Below are positions 11,471 through 24,842 of a DNA stretch of 64,000 nucleotides, in pieces. Source of the stretch: Ylistrum balloti (Eukaryota); NCBI RefSeq assembly GCF_031769215.1, contig NW_026782072.1:1-64000 (forward strand), read 5' to 3'. Both the position numbers and the translations under genes were made by a program. Numbering within the stretch: position 1 is the stretch's first letter; each line of letters opens with the position of its first letter. The notes below the pieces were generated by a model. That model did no database searches. It was not told where the DNA came from and saw only the letters and a program-made list of their open reading frames with translations.

Positions 11471-14400
11471 GCGGCTACGTAATCGAAAATCCAATTCCGA
11501 TCTTGGATGGAATGTCCTACACTGCTCTCTAACTGCCTGTTGACAAATTGATAGATACAATTAAATTATTTTGTTGATTCAAAGAGCTTTATATATTTTT
11601 CAAGCTGTCTTAAAACTTTATTAACTTTATTTTATTAACAACTAGATCTACATTTATATTATAAATAATTTCTGTTCTCTTATTCCTAACATATTTTCAG
11701 GATGTAAAAGTAATAAATATGAAAAAAAGCATAAAATTTTGAGTTTTGCTGTATACTTATGAACCATGGATTTGATAACAAATAGTATGCTAAAACAACA
11801 AAGAAAATACGCACATTTCAACAGAGCCTTAAGTCGTGAAATTATGACAAAATATGACCAAAAGAAAGATTTACACGCAGATCGAAGAAGTGAACTTTTA
11901 GCGGGGCAAAGACTAATGATGTTTGTTAACGAATAGCTCAATCTCAATACCGAATCATAATCAAAAACATGCAATATCTGGCATTGAGTGCCAAGCTAGG
12001 GCTTTGCAAAAGATATGTGTCAATCATATCATATACCAAACCTCCATTAATATTAGGTGGAATGAAGGCTTAGAAGTCAATAAAAATTACAGAAAGCGTT
12101 TTTTTCGAGGTGCGAGAAGGACACAATGGAGTGCAATAAGATCTTAAATCTTGGAAATTATACTTTTTACGATCAAGACAATTGATAGTTGAACTTTGAT
12201 AGTATAGTGGTTTTTTTCCATGTTCAATAGTTTACAAAACTTTGTGGTACAAACATATTCAGTTTCGGTAAAACATAGTTCTAGCAATTGATACACATTA
12301 ATTGTGTGTCCCCAATGTTCGACCCGCTGCCAAAAAGTGTTTATTACTCATGAAGATATTACAACCTTTGTTTGCACTGTGACATTAGTAATAAAAGACC
12401 TTTGCATGTGATGCAAATTGATTCCAAAGCATCCATGATCATTTATTTTCATCGAATAAATTACGTAGAAAATAATAACCAAATTATCCTTTTCAATGTA
12501 GTATCTCTCAGCATGATTGATATAAATTATAAATACACTTACATATGTAAAACAGAAACAAGAGAACAGAATTTTAATTCAAAGCACATATCGATGGACA
12601 GGGTAAAAATAAGAACAACAACAAAAATACACGAAGACGCTATAAAAGGAACCATTCTATGTTCAAATATCATTAAAAGGACAAACAAATGAATCCCACA
12701 TTTTAATGAAATTCAGAGTTAGATACAGTGGATCCAAATAATGAACAAAACAGCATTATAGGGTTGTTTCATGCTTCTTTGACTTTTGAGTTATGCTAAG
12801 GGTCCAAGTTTGGAAGTCTAGATGGCGACTGAGAAAAATCCAAAGTGACCTAAAGTAGTCAAAATGTCGACGGGGAGGTACTCTAGCCTCATAAGACAAT
12901 ATATTTCGTAATTCTCATTTATCTAATTTTAGAAGAACATCAAATACATGTGTATATTCTGAACAGTGCCACAAATCGATTGAATTAAAACTGGGCATAC
13001 AGTTGAGGACTAATAGTCCTCTAGCAATGTCTACCACATGCAATCTCGAAGATTGTACCAAAGACACAAAAATTAATGGCACATTTTAATAAAATTTAGA
13101 GTTAGATGCTGTAGAGTTGCATATGGTCTGTAAAACCTCAAACGTAGGACGTTCCAATATTCAGTTAGTGTAAAGATTCTAATTGAACCACAATATTAAT
13201 TTGATTTTCATCAAATTGCCTTATTGGCAAGCCGGGTTTCAATTTGATTAACCATCTACTGCAATACAGTACATCAAAGCGAAACGATACAATATACTGT
13301 ACATGTGGATACTTGTAATTATGCTGTTAAAATAATCCGTAGTTACATATCAGCTACATCGAAGTAGGTACTGAAGAAAATCAAAATTTGTCGAAAGAAA
13401 TCTTAAGATTTAGATGGAGAGGTGCACTAACTCCATAATTCAATAACTTTGATAATATTCTCATCTCGAATGATTTGATAGGAACGTCAAGCACGCGTGC
13501 ATATTCTGACCGTATTACTCTTCATATCAAAACATGTCATACAAGTTACAGTGGGGTGTTCTCTGAATGTAAACATTTTTATACAAGAATGTGTTGCTTT
13601 ATGATACAATGGCAAGTCAATTATATACTGTTTCATATAGGATGTATTTCTTCACCTGGATTGTTACCTGATATTTACCGGTTCCTCACAAAACATTTCT
13701 TCATATTTGATGTATTACAATTTTAAAAAAACATTGAAATGTTGTTATCAAAGCAATTTAGATGTATGAAAAATGTTGATATAAAAATGTGAATAATTAA
13801 ATTTGACAATTCAGCACTAAATTATATTTGAAAACATCGAACTATTATATTGGATGATACCGTTATATACAACACACTATAAATTTAATTGTTTTTTTTA
13901 TTATTATTATTATTTAAAATAAGTCATTGAATCAAAGAAAAAAGCGCATAATAATGTTGTAGGCTACAAGCACGCATACCGGTAATAATACTGAACGTCA
14001 AGACTTGTACGTATTGTAATTATATCCAACAAAAAGAGGATGACTTACATATTTAATCATAATTCAAAATTTAGGAGTTACTGTTAGGTTTTTAAATAAT
14101 TTACCATGCTACATGGTTGATCGAGAACTTGACATAAGCAATTCCACTTTTAAATGATACAAAAAACAGGAAAATTGAATAATTGATTAAGATTCTAAAG
14201 AAAGACGGCATACTGTTATAATTTATAATGAAGTATTTATATATGATTAAATAAAATTTTAGTGTTCAAAAAATTTCGGTTCCATAGAAATATTTTTAAA
14301 TAAAATTGTCTGGTATATGCAGGATTTTCAATTTTGAGAAAGTACAATAGATAAAACTTGGTAAGCAGATATTACATTTCGATTTTACATAAATTGAATA

Positions 14401-15394
14401 GCGATTTTTTTTAATTTTTCGATATCAGTTTGCTTTAGATTACATGAAAACGCATTGTGATTTTAAAAAGATACTTTGATACTATTAAATAATCACACAA
14501 GAAACTTACTTTGTATTTAGAGCAAGTAACCATTAATTCATAGTGGAAACTGGCAAACGGAATGATGCAGGATACCAAAATAAAATTGTCTTCATTTTTA
14601 ATCAAATGACATATATGTCCAAATATATCAAGTTGAAAGCTAATGTCAGTTATCAGCTGAACATAAGAAAATTATGAAAATACCACTAGATATGTCCAAA
14701 TGCAATTAAGTTGATAAAACTCAGGAATTTCAACCATAACAAAACCTTAAAATAATGATAGAACATGAGATGTGAAATGATGCATTTGATTTCTCTTTAT
14801 TTCATATGGCGAAAAAGAACAAAAGTATTCATTTTTTAACATATATCCGAGATATTTAGGTAACACCAATAAAAAAGTATCTCAGGTTGTGAACGTTACG
14901 GTATTATGTGATTAGTCCTCCAAAAATAATTATCACTTTCAAGAACACATTATTGATGGACATCTCAACAGTAAGAGAATGTATCAATAGATTATCAAAA
15001 CATCATCTGCATGGAAAGAGAAGTCATTTCACTCTCTCTGTCCTTATTCTTAGATATAATAGTAACGGTTCATAGTTGTAACAAGCAACAGTAATATTGA
15101 AACATAGTATTACATTTCCAAAATACACAATATAAGGAAATTATAACTTTATATCACAACATATACTAGATAATACGAAAATAGAGATCCGCTTTGTTGT
15201 ATGATTAAAGTTGAACATTAATTTTAAAACATCAGAGTCGGTAGTTGAAGACAAAAAAAATATCTTTATTGATATCTGGCGAGATTGCATAAGCCTTACA
15301 AAGTTACAGCTGATGATGAAAAAGTATATGACATTTATGTAGAATGTCATTACCGGGAATATACACACACTATATTTTAACAGTACATATATGT

Positions 15395-16215
15395 TGCACA
15401 CGAACATGTAATGAGTGCACACGATGATACACAAGCATCACTGCACACGGTTGATTTTGTATTACGTATAAACAAAATACATATCTATTTTTAAAAAAAA
15501 ACAATCGTGCTATCTCCTATTGTTTCTATCTCTGAAATAGGTTGTAACAGACAAAGATTGTATAATTATCCATCAGGAAGTATTGACATGACAGGGGATT
15601 ACATCTTTTGGGTGTGTTTACATATTCGGAAAACATATGCGTCTTAGCTTACGTCATTTATACCGACATAATGAAATGTTGCATTCAGTCTAATCATGTC
15701 GAGTTACATATCAGTCACTCCAACAAAGTTGACAATAAACACGTTGTAACATTAAGTATGTGGTGTTACAGGCAAACGTACAAATCTCTAAATGATCATC
15801 CCGAAAAAAGTCAGTATGATACTTCCTTATATATCTACTGTAGTTCACGTCGTCGCTTAATAATTTGATAATCTGTAACACTCCTGGTTCATTTAATATC
15901 TACTATATTTTTTTTATATTCTATTGTAAGTGGTTGACTTGATAATGACTACCTTTTATATATCTATGATCGAGCTCTAAAATTAGTAATCACATATTTT
16001 ACTTGGCAACGAATGTAATTAACGTAAGTATAACACTCCTATTGCAGTTATAATAATTTCCTTGTCATCGCTGCACACCACCCTGGTTTTGCTAAGGGCT
16101 ATCTTCACATAAATATTTTGCGCGTGGTTCTACCTATTCATGTCAATTCACACGATACTTAGTTTGCACACGCATCGTCCCATTTTTGCACACGCATCGT
16201 CCCATTTCCTATAAG
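15395..16215 (+). promoter_or_regulatory. MT-C promoter: distal and proximal MRE clusters plus TATA box
   Basis: TGCACAC at 15395, 15416, 15442 (distal) and 16072, 16165, 16187 (proximal). TATAAG at 16210-16215. Confidence 0.85.
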
Positions 16216-16336
16216 TATTGTCACATTTTGCAATTGGACAATACCCTGACAATTGATCTATCCAGTAGCGCTGAGAAGATTTTCCGGTTCTGAAGGTACT
16301 CTATAGAAGATCTGAAGGTACTCTATCGAAGCCGAA

Positions 16337-18444
16337 ATGTCTGAAGGTAAGTAGAGTGTTTATGTCATGATTACGAACGGTTTCATGTTAGTGTTAAAGT
16401 AAATAACATATTAAATTGGTAGCTCTTACCATTGTTTTGGAAAGTACAAAACGTAAGAATATAAGTACGTTTGATAATATAATTTCCAAAAATCGTATTT
16501 CCTCGTATTGAGACCAAAACTTGTAGTTGAAATTCATCGGTTGTTCGCTTAAATCTAGGAGTTGAAATTTTGTGATACCTAATTTTTGTAAGTACTTCTC
16601 CCGTTTGATTTTTTCACACATTTTTGACATTGATAACCGCATGGTAGTGGTAGGTAGCTATTTTTACTTTGCCTGTCTGCAATTATCATTGTAGATAAAC
16701 AGGTAGTTGATTGCTGATGGGCCATCCGTCTCAGATATAAACCCCAATTTTCACCGAAAACTGATTTTATTTCCGTTTTCAGCATTCCACTATATTTGGT
16801 GATCTTTTTTCAGAATGCTTTCGAACAATAAGACATCGACTTTTCTTTTACGTCTTATAAGAACCCTCGAAGAGTACTGAACGATCGATATGATCATACG
16901 GTGCGGTGAAGATGTTTCTACATCTTAATGAAATGTGGAGTATAAAATATTCAGTAAGGGTAGTTAAACATATTAGTAGTATCTGACGACATGGGGATTT
17001 CTGTTCAATAGTCTATTGAAAAAGAAACATTTTCCTACCCAACAGTTGCGTTCTGTGCCAAGTGTCCTGGTGGACAGTGCGGCTGCACAGGTGCTGGATG
17101 CTGTACTACGAGCTGTAGATGCCCCGGATGTAAAGTAAACTGTGGATGTTTCTGTAAGTTAAAAGTGAATAGTCTTTTATAATAGGACAGTGGAGGTTTC
17201 ATGAAATACCGACGCTAAGAATAACAGGAACTGCAATCCTACAAAACATTTAAAATTCTAATTGTGCTTTTCTGTGTTACTTGCTTGTTGTATTTGTAAC
17301 AACGTTGGGGCGATATAGATCTGTACTATGGATACTGTTCAGTTAGATCACTTTGTGATATCATGGTGACAAAAAAGTATCTGTCACTGTCCAAGGCGCT
17401 GGGAACAAGCTGAAGGATACATATATCACGTTAATACTGAAGAGGACTTAAACTGATTTACAATACTTTATGTTTCTAATTTAGCGGCAAAGGCCTCAGT
17501 TTGTCCCGACGGAATCTGTCAGATGGGAGTTGATTGTGAATGTGGCTGCAAGTGCAGCAGCGCATGTACGTGTCCCAACTGCAAGGCCGGATGCAAATGT
17601 GCAGGTAAGTACATTTAACTTCCTTCGCATATAATCATAATCATAGTTGTCAGAGTTACCTTTCTCGCTTTATATTGTCAGTTATACTCCGTTATACCAT
17701 AAAGGATTGGAAGGAATCCATCAGATTTTATCTGGTTAGTCTAGAAAACATTTTGTTATAAAAGTGAAGCTTTTATGTGTAGAGTTTATTTTTGTATATT
17801 TTACTGACAACTTGATTTCATTTCAATTCATTTCACAAATAAATAAGGAACATTATACATGTACAAATAGTAATAAATGTATTGCCTATAATGTCTCAAC
17901 TTTTACTTGGTGGTACTATTTCTTGTTTGTCAGGTGCCAACTTCGTGTGTACCGCGGACTGCCAGTCTGGGATGTGTTGCGGTACCAGGGCCTGTCAGTG
18001 TAGCGGCAAGTGCGCATGTCCAAAATGCAAGTGCAACTGTGCCTCTGGTAAGTACCGGAGTTCTTAGGAACAGGACCTGTCATTGGCTGTTACATAATAC
18101 CCTATTTATTTAAGGCAAATAGCATGAAGAGTACAAATTCCTGAGAACTTCAGTTGGTACAATGATCCAAGAGTCATGTAATATATCTGGATATATTACT
18201 CCGTTGTTTAAAGTTGTATATCTATAGAAGTTACAGTTAAACACAAAAAAAAATTTCAGTATTCAAAAGTGCTTAAGTTATATCTTTACAGGATAAATTT
18301 GAAAAACATGTGAAATTTTCTCGTCAGTTTTTGATATCGTTATTTATCAATCAATCATACCTTACAGGGGCATGTGCGTGCGGTGTGGGCTGTACCGGAC
18401 CTAAAACATGCAGGTGTGGTGCTGGATGTAGGTGTAAGCTGTGA
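16337..18444 (+). CDS. MT: Metallothionein MT-C, 142 aa, 40 Cys, 5 exons
   Basis: Exons 16337-16346, 17046-17153, 17485-17604, 17934-18047, 18368-18444 (429 nt, open, TGA). Protein: MSEVAFCAKCPGGQCGCTGAGCCTTSCRCPGCKVNCGCFSAKASVCPDGICQMGVDCECGCKCSSACTCPNCKAGCKCAGANFVCTADCQSGMCCGTRACQCSGKCACPKCKCNCASGACACGVGCTGPKTCRCGAGCRCKL. AATAAA at 18693. Confidence 0.95.
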
Positions 18445-21400
18445 AAAATCACATCTTTGGAGAATATGACACCATACCGGATGGACTGACCAATTCTTTA
18501 TCAACTCTTTACGGATATATTGATTAACATTTAAATTTGAAACTCCTGCTTGAATCCCTCGTTTTGTGATTGTCAATGACTTTATTTTGGTTATTTTACA
18601 CACAATTATCTTATTCTAATATAAAATGATTGTTGACAATTGTCATCTTGTTCTCTATCCTTTGGAAATCTTTGAAATGTAAATCTAATAACAATAAATA
18701 TTGGTATCTGCTTCAATGAGAGTTTTGTAGATTTATTTATGGACATGATGTTATTTTTGTCTTTAACCTCTGAATCCTGCAGGACTAATAGATTGGTCGA
18801 AAGAAATGTTTAGATTTAGATGGCGAGGTGCACTAACTCCATAATTCAATAACTTTGATAATATTCATATCTCGCATGGTTTGATAGGAATGTCAAACAC
18901 GCGTGCATATTCTGACCGTACTACTCTTCATATCAAAACATGTCATACAAGTTACAGTTGGGTGTTCTCTGAATGTCAATAAAAGAAGAATGTGTTGTTT
19001 TATGATACAATGGCAAGTCAATTCACCTGGATTGTTACCTGATATTTACCCGTTCCTCACAAAACATTTTTTTATATTTGATGTATGACAATTTTTAAAA
19101 AACATTGAAATGTTGTTATTAAAGTAATTTAGATGTATGAAAAATGTTATTATAAAAATTGGAATAAAGAACTTTGACAGTTCAGCACTAAATTATATTC
19201 GAAAAACAATTTACTATTAAATTGGATGATACAGTAATATGCAACACAAAGAAAGACTATAAACTGATGTTTTTTCTCTAGAATAAGGGAACAAAAGTAA
19301 TTGAAACAAAAAAAAGCGCATAATAATGTTGTTGGTTACAAGCACGCATACCGGTAATAATACTGAACGTCAAGACTTGTACGTATTGTAATTATATCCA
19401 ACAAAAAGAGGATGACTTATATATCTAATTATAATTCAAAATTTAGGAGTTACTGTTAGGTTTTAAAATAATATACCACGCTCCATGGTTTATCGAGAAC
19501 ACGACATAAGCAATTCCACTTTTAAATGATACAAAAACAAAAAACAGGAAAATTGAATAATTGGTGAAGATTCTAAAGAAAGACGCCGCACAGTTATAAT
19601 GCATAATTAATTATTTATATATATCATTAAATAAAATTTAGTAGTCCCATATTTTGGTTTCATACAAAATACTTTATAAAAATATATATTAAATAGTTTT
19701 TAAAAAGATATATTAAATATTTTTTTAAATAATAAGTGAATTTGGTCTGATGTATGTAGGATTCTCAATTTTGAGAAAATATCGTACTTCGGTGATTAGA
19801 ACTTGCTAAGCAGATTTCAGTTTTACAAATATAGAATAGCGATATTTTTCTATATCACTTTGCTATATTCTATATTAAAACCTATTATAATTTCTTAAAA
19901 TTACTATTAAATGATCACACAAAAAACTTATTTTGTACTTAGTAACCATTAATTCATAGTGGAAACTGGCAAACGGAATGATGCAGGATACCAAAATAAA
20001 ATTGTCCTCATTTTTATTATAATGCCATAGATGTCCCAAATATATCAAGCTGAAAGCTAATGTCAGTTATCAGCTGAACATAAGAAAATTATCAAAATAC
20101 CATTAAATATCTCCAAATGCAATTAAGTTGATAAAACTCAGGAATCTCAGTCATAATAGAACCTTAAAATAATTCAGCAACGTATGATATGATAGAACAT
20201 GGGATGTGAAATGATGCATTAGGTTCCTCTATATTTTTCATGGTGAAAGAGAACAATTTTTTTTTACATATATCCGAGATATTTAGGTAAGGTTATTGAA
20301 CAATTATTATAATGGAAATCAGCATTGGAAATTTATTTATAAACAATTATTTGAAATCTGATAAAATCAATCAATCAAATAATATTTACGAAGTCAAAAT
20401 TTGATTTTAAGTTTTAAAGGTAAACTTAACTGCTGGAATGGAAACTAATTAAGGGAAAAGATTATAATCCCTGTCAAAACTAATTGCCCTGTAGGGAAAT
20501 TCCAAATGCTGGCTTTCAGAGATACTCCTCAAACCTGGGGAACCACTAGGAGAGTCTCCGACATGAAGTCTCAAAAATTTGGAACCACCTTATATAACTA
20601 CTTAACCTATACTGAGAGCTTGAGATGTCTTATCTGTTGAAGGCCGAAGGCGGAGTGGATGTGAAATAAATACGTATATGAATAAAAAAGAACAAAGCAT
20701 GTCCTATGGAAATAAAACAGAGCGTTTTAAAGTGTCAGAACATTACACTATATTGCGAGTGTTGTCCTGTTATCATCTATCTTATATTTCAAATACAGAT
20801 CTACAACAATCCATTTTTCTTGTTTCACCAATAGCTGAAATTGCATCAATAAATAACTGTTAACAAGACGAAATAAAATACACAAAGCACAGTTCAAAGC
20901 ATGGAATGATGGGTGATTTCTGTTCTTAAGTGTGTATATAGAATATACTTTATATAATTACTAATTCACTGTATAATCATCCCGTGTTCGTGATATAACA
21001 GTCTTGCCAACATGAATCCCCATAACAATACAATGACATTGCAATTATGTACCTTTAACCATATTAAAGGATGCTCGTTTGCAATAATCAAGGGAAGTGA
21101 TTAATGCTCTTGGCAACTGATGTGCTAGTGATCAAAACATTGCGTGCCAATATTACTGTACTTAGGTCTCTGGTTCGGTGACTATGCTCATATGAATTTG
21201 GCTGTGAAAAAAACTGTCAAAATCTGCTAATCGAGTCCTTAATTTCTCAGGTACCTATTTTAATGTTGTATTACCATATGACACTTGGATAAAATAAATT
21301 TAAAATACCTATAAATGTCAACAGGTTGTGAACATTACGGTATCATGTGATAAGTCCTCCAAAAATAACGATCACTTTCAAGAACACATTATTGATGGAC

Positions 21401-21845
21401 ATCTCAACAGTAAGAGAATGTATCAATAGATTATCAAAATATCATCTGCATGGAAAGAGAAGTCATTTCACTCTCTCTGTCCTTATTCTTAGATATAATA
21501 GTAATGGTTAATAGTTGTAACAAGCAACAGTAATATTGAAACATAGTATAACATTTCTAAAACACACAATATAAGGAAATTATAACTTCATACCACAACA
21601 TATACTAGATAATACGAAAATAGAGATCGTCAGACCCGCTTTGTTGTATGATAAACGGTGAACATTAATTTTAAAAATTCACTGTCGGTAGTTGAAGACA
21701 AAAACATACATTTATTGATATATGGCAGTTGTTTCGGCAAGATTGTATAAGCCTTGAAACTAATGATGAAAAAAGCAAATGACATTTATGTAGAATGTCT
21801 TTATCGGGATTATACACACACTATAGTTTAACAGTACATATATGT

Positions 21846-22644
21846 TGCACACGAACATGTAATGAGTGCACACGATGATACACAAGCATCACTGCACACG
21901 GTTGATTTTGTATTACGTATTAACAAAGTACATATCTATTTTTTAACAAAAACAATCGTGCTATATCCTATTGTTTCTATCTCTAAAGTATGTTGTTACA
22001 GACAAAGATGGTATAATTTTCCTCCATCAGGAAGTATTAACATGACAGGGTTTTATCTTTTGGGTGTGTTTACATATTCGGAAAAAATATGCGTCTTAGA
22101 TCACGTCATTTATACCGATATAATGAAATGCTGCATTCAGTCTAATCATGTCGAGTTACATATCAGTCACTCCAACAAAGTTGACAATAAACACGTTGTA
22201 ACATTAAGTCTGTGGTGTTACAGGCAAACGTACAAATCTCTAAATGATCATCCCGAGAAAAGTCAATATGATACTTCCTTATACATCTATTGTAGTTCAC
22301 GCCGCCGCTTAATAATTTGATAATCTGTAATATTCCTGATTCATTTAAAATCTACTTTATTTTCTATATTCTATTGTAAGTGGTTGACTTGATAATGACT
22401 ACCTTGTATATATCTATGATCGAGCTCTAAAATGTAGTAATCACATATTTTACTTGGCAATGCATGTAATTAACGTAAGCATATCACTCCGAGTGCAGTT
22501 CCTATAATTTCCTTGTCATCGTTGCACACCACCCTGGTTTTGCTATGGGCTATCTTCACATAAATATTTTGCGCGTGGGTCTACCCATTCATGTCGATTC
22601 ACACGATACTTAGTTTGCACACGTATCGTCCTATTTCCTATAAG
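21846..22644 (+). promoter_or_regulatory. MT-D promoter: MRE clusters plus TATA box
   Basis: TGCACAC at 21846, 21867, 21893, 22523, 22616. Minus-strand TGCACTC at 22491-22497. TATAAG at 22639-22644. Confidence 0.85.
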
Positions 22645-22765
22645 TATTGTCACATTTTGCAATTGGACAATACCCTGACAATTGATCTATCCAGTAGTGC
22701 TGAGAAGATTTTCTGGTTCTGAAGGTACTCTATAGAAGGTCTGAAGGTACTCTATCGAAGCCGAA

Positions 22766-24842
22766 ATGTCTGAAGGTAAGTAGAGTGTTTATGTCATGAT
22801 TACGAACGGCTTCATGTCAGTATTAAAGTAAATAACTTATTGATTTGGTAGCTCATACCATTGCTTGGAAAGTACAAAACATTAGAATATACGTACGTTT
22901 GATAATATAATTTCCAAAAGTCACTTCACGCCAGAGCGTGTTTGCTAGTAGTAAGAACAAAACTTGTAGGTGAAATCAATCTGTTGTTCGCTTAAGGCTA
23001 TGAGCTGAACATTTTTGATACCTGATTTCTGTAAGCACTTCTCCCGTTTGACGTCTTCACACATTTTTGACATGGATGAACGCATGGTAGCGGCTATTTC
23101 GGTTGGCATGTCTGAAATTGTTATTTTAGATAAACAGGTAGTTGATTGCTCATGGGCCATCCGTCTCAGAAATAAACCCTAACTTTCACCTAAAGTTATA
23201 TTTTCGTTTTCAGCATTCCTCTACTTTCGGTGATTTTTTAAATGCTTTCGAACAATTAGACGTCGATTGTTCTTTTGTGTCTTAATAGTACCATCGAAGA
23301 GTACAAAACGATCGATATAACAACAAGGTGCGGCGAAGATTTATCTAATATTCAGTAAGGGTAGTTATATTAGTAGTATCTGACGACAAGGGGATTTGTG
23401 TTCAATAGTCTATTGAAAAAAAAACATTTTTCTACCCAACAGCTGCGTTCTGTGCCAAGTGTCCTGGTGGACAGTGCGGCTGCACAGGTGCGGGATGCTG
23501 TACTACAAGCTGTAGATGCCCCGGATGTAAAGTAAACTGTGGATGTTTCTGTAAGTTAAAAGTGAATAGTCTTATATAATAGGACAGTGGAGGTTTCATG
23601 AAATACCGACGCTAAGAATAACAGGAACTGCAATCCTACAAAACATTTAAAATTCTAATTGTGCTTTTCTGTGTTACTTGCTTGTTGTATTTGTAACAAC
23701 GTTGGGGCGATATAGATCTGTACTATGGATACTGTTCAGTTAGATCACTTTGTGATATCATGGTGACAAAAAAGTATCTGTCACTGTCCAAGGCGCTGGG
23801 AACAAGCTGAAGGATACATATATCACGTTAATACTGAAGAGGACTTAAACTGATTTACAATACTTTATGTTTCTAATTTAGCGGCAAAGGCCTCAGTTTG
23901 TCCCGACGGAATCTGTCAGATGGGAGTTGATTGTGAATGTGGCTGCAAGTGCAGCAGCGCATGTACGTGTCCCAACTGCAAGGCCGGATGCAAATGTGCA
24001 GGTAAGTACATTTAACTTCCTTCGCATATAATCATAATCATAGTTGTCAGAGTTACCTTTCTCGCTTTATATTGTCAGTTATACTCCGTTATACCATAAA
24101 GGATTGGAAGGAATCCATCAGATTTTATCTGGTTAGTCTGGAAAACATTTTGTTATAAAAGTGAAGCTTTTATGTGTAGAGTTTATTTTTGTATATTTTA
24201 CTGACAACTTGATTTCATTTCAATTCATTTCACAAATAAATAAGGAACATTATACATGTACAAATAGTAATAAATGTATTGCCTATAATGTCTCAACTTT
24301 TACTTGGTGGTACTATTTCTTGTTTGTCAGGTGCCAACTTCGTGTGTACCGCGGACTGCCAGTCTGGGATGTGTTGCGGTACCAGGGCCTGTCAGTGTAG
24401 CGGCAAGTGCGCATGTCCAAAATGCAAGTGCAACTGTGCCTCTGGTAAGTACCGGAGTTCTTAGGAACAGGACCTGTCATTGGCTGTTACATAATACCCT
24501 ATTTATTTAAGGCAAATAGCATGAAGAGTACAAATTCCTGAGAACTTCAGTTGGTACAATGATCCAAGAGTCATGTAATATATCTGGATATATTACTCCG
24601 TTGTTTAAAGTTGTATATCTATAGAAGTTACAGTTAAACACAAAAAAAAAATTTCAGTATTCAAAAGTGCTTAAGTTATATCTTTACAGGATAAATTTGA
24701 AAAACATGTGAAATTTTCTCGTCAGTTTTTGATATCGTTATTTATCAATCAATCATACCTTACAGGGGCATGTGCGTGCGGTGTGGGCTGTACCGGACCT
24801 AAAACATGCAGGTGTGGTGCTGGATGTAGGTGTAAGCTGTGA
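22766..24842 (+). CDS. MT: Metallothionein MT-D, 142 aa, 40 Cys (differs from MT-C only by V4A)
   Basis: Exons 22766-22775, 23443-23550, 23882-24001, 24331-24444, 24766-24842. All splice sites are canonical and the frame is open. AATAAA at 25091. Confidence 0.95.

Noticed and set aside
21862-22320. 152-aa ORF, duplicated at 28261-28719
   Set aside because: It overlaps the MRE-bearing MT promoter. The diverged third copy (15411-15868) is broken, and the identity of the two copies reflects recent DNA duplication, not coding constraint.
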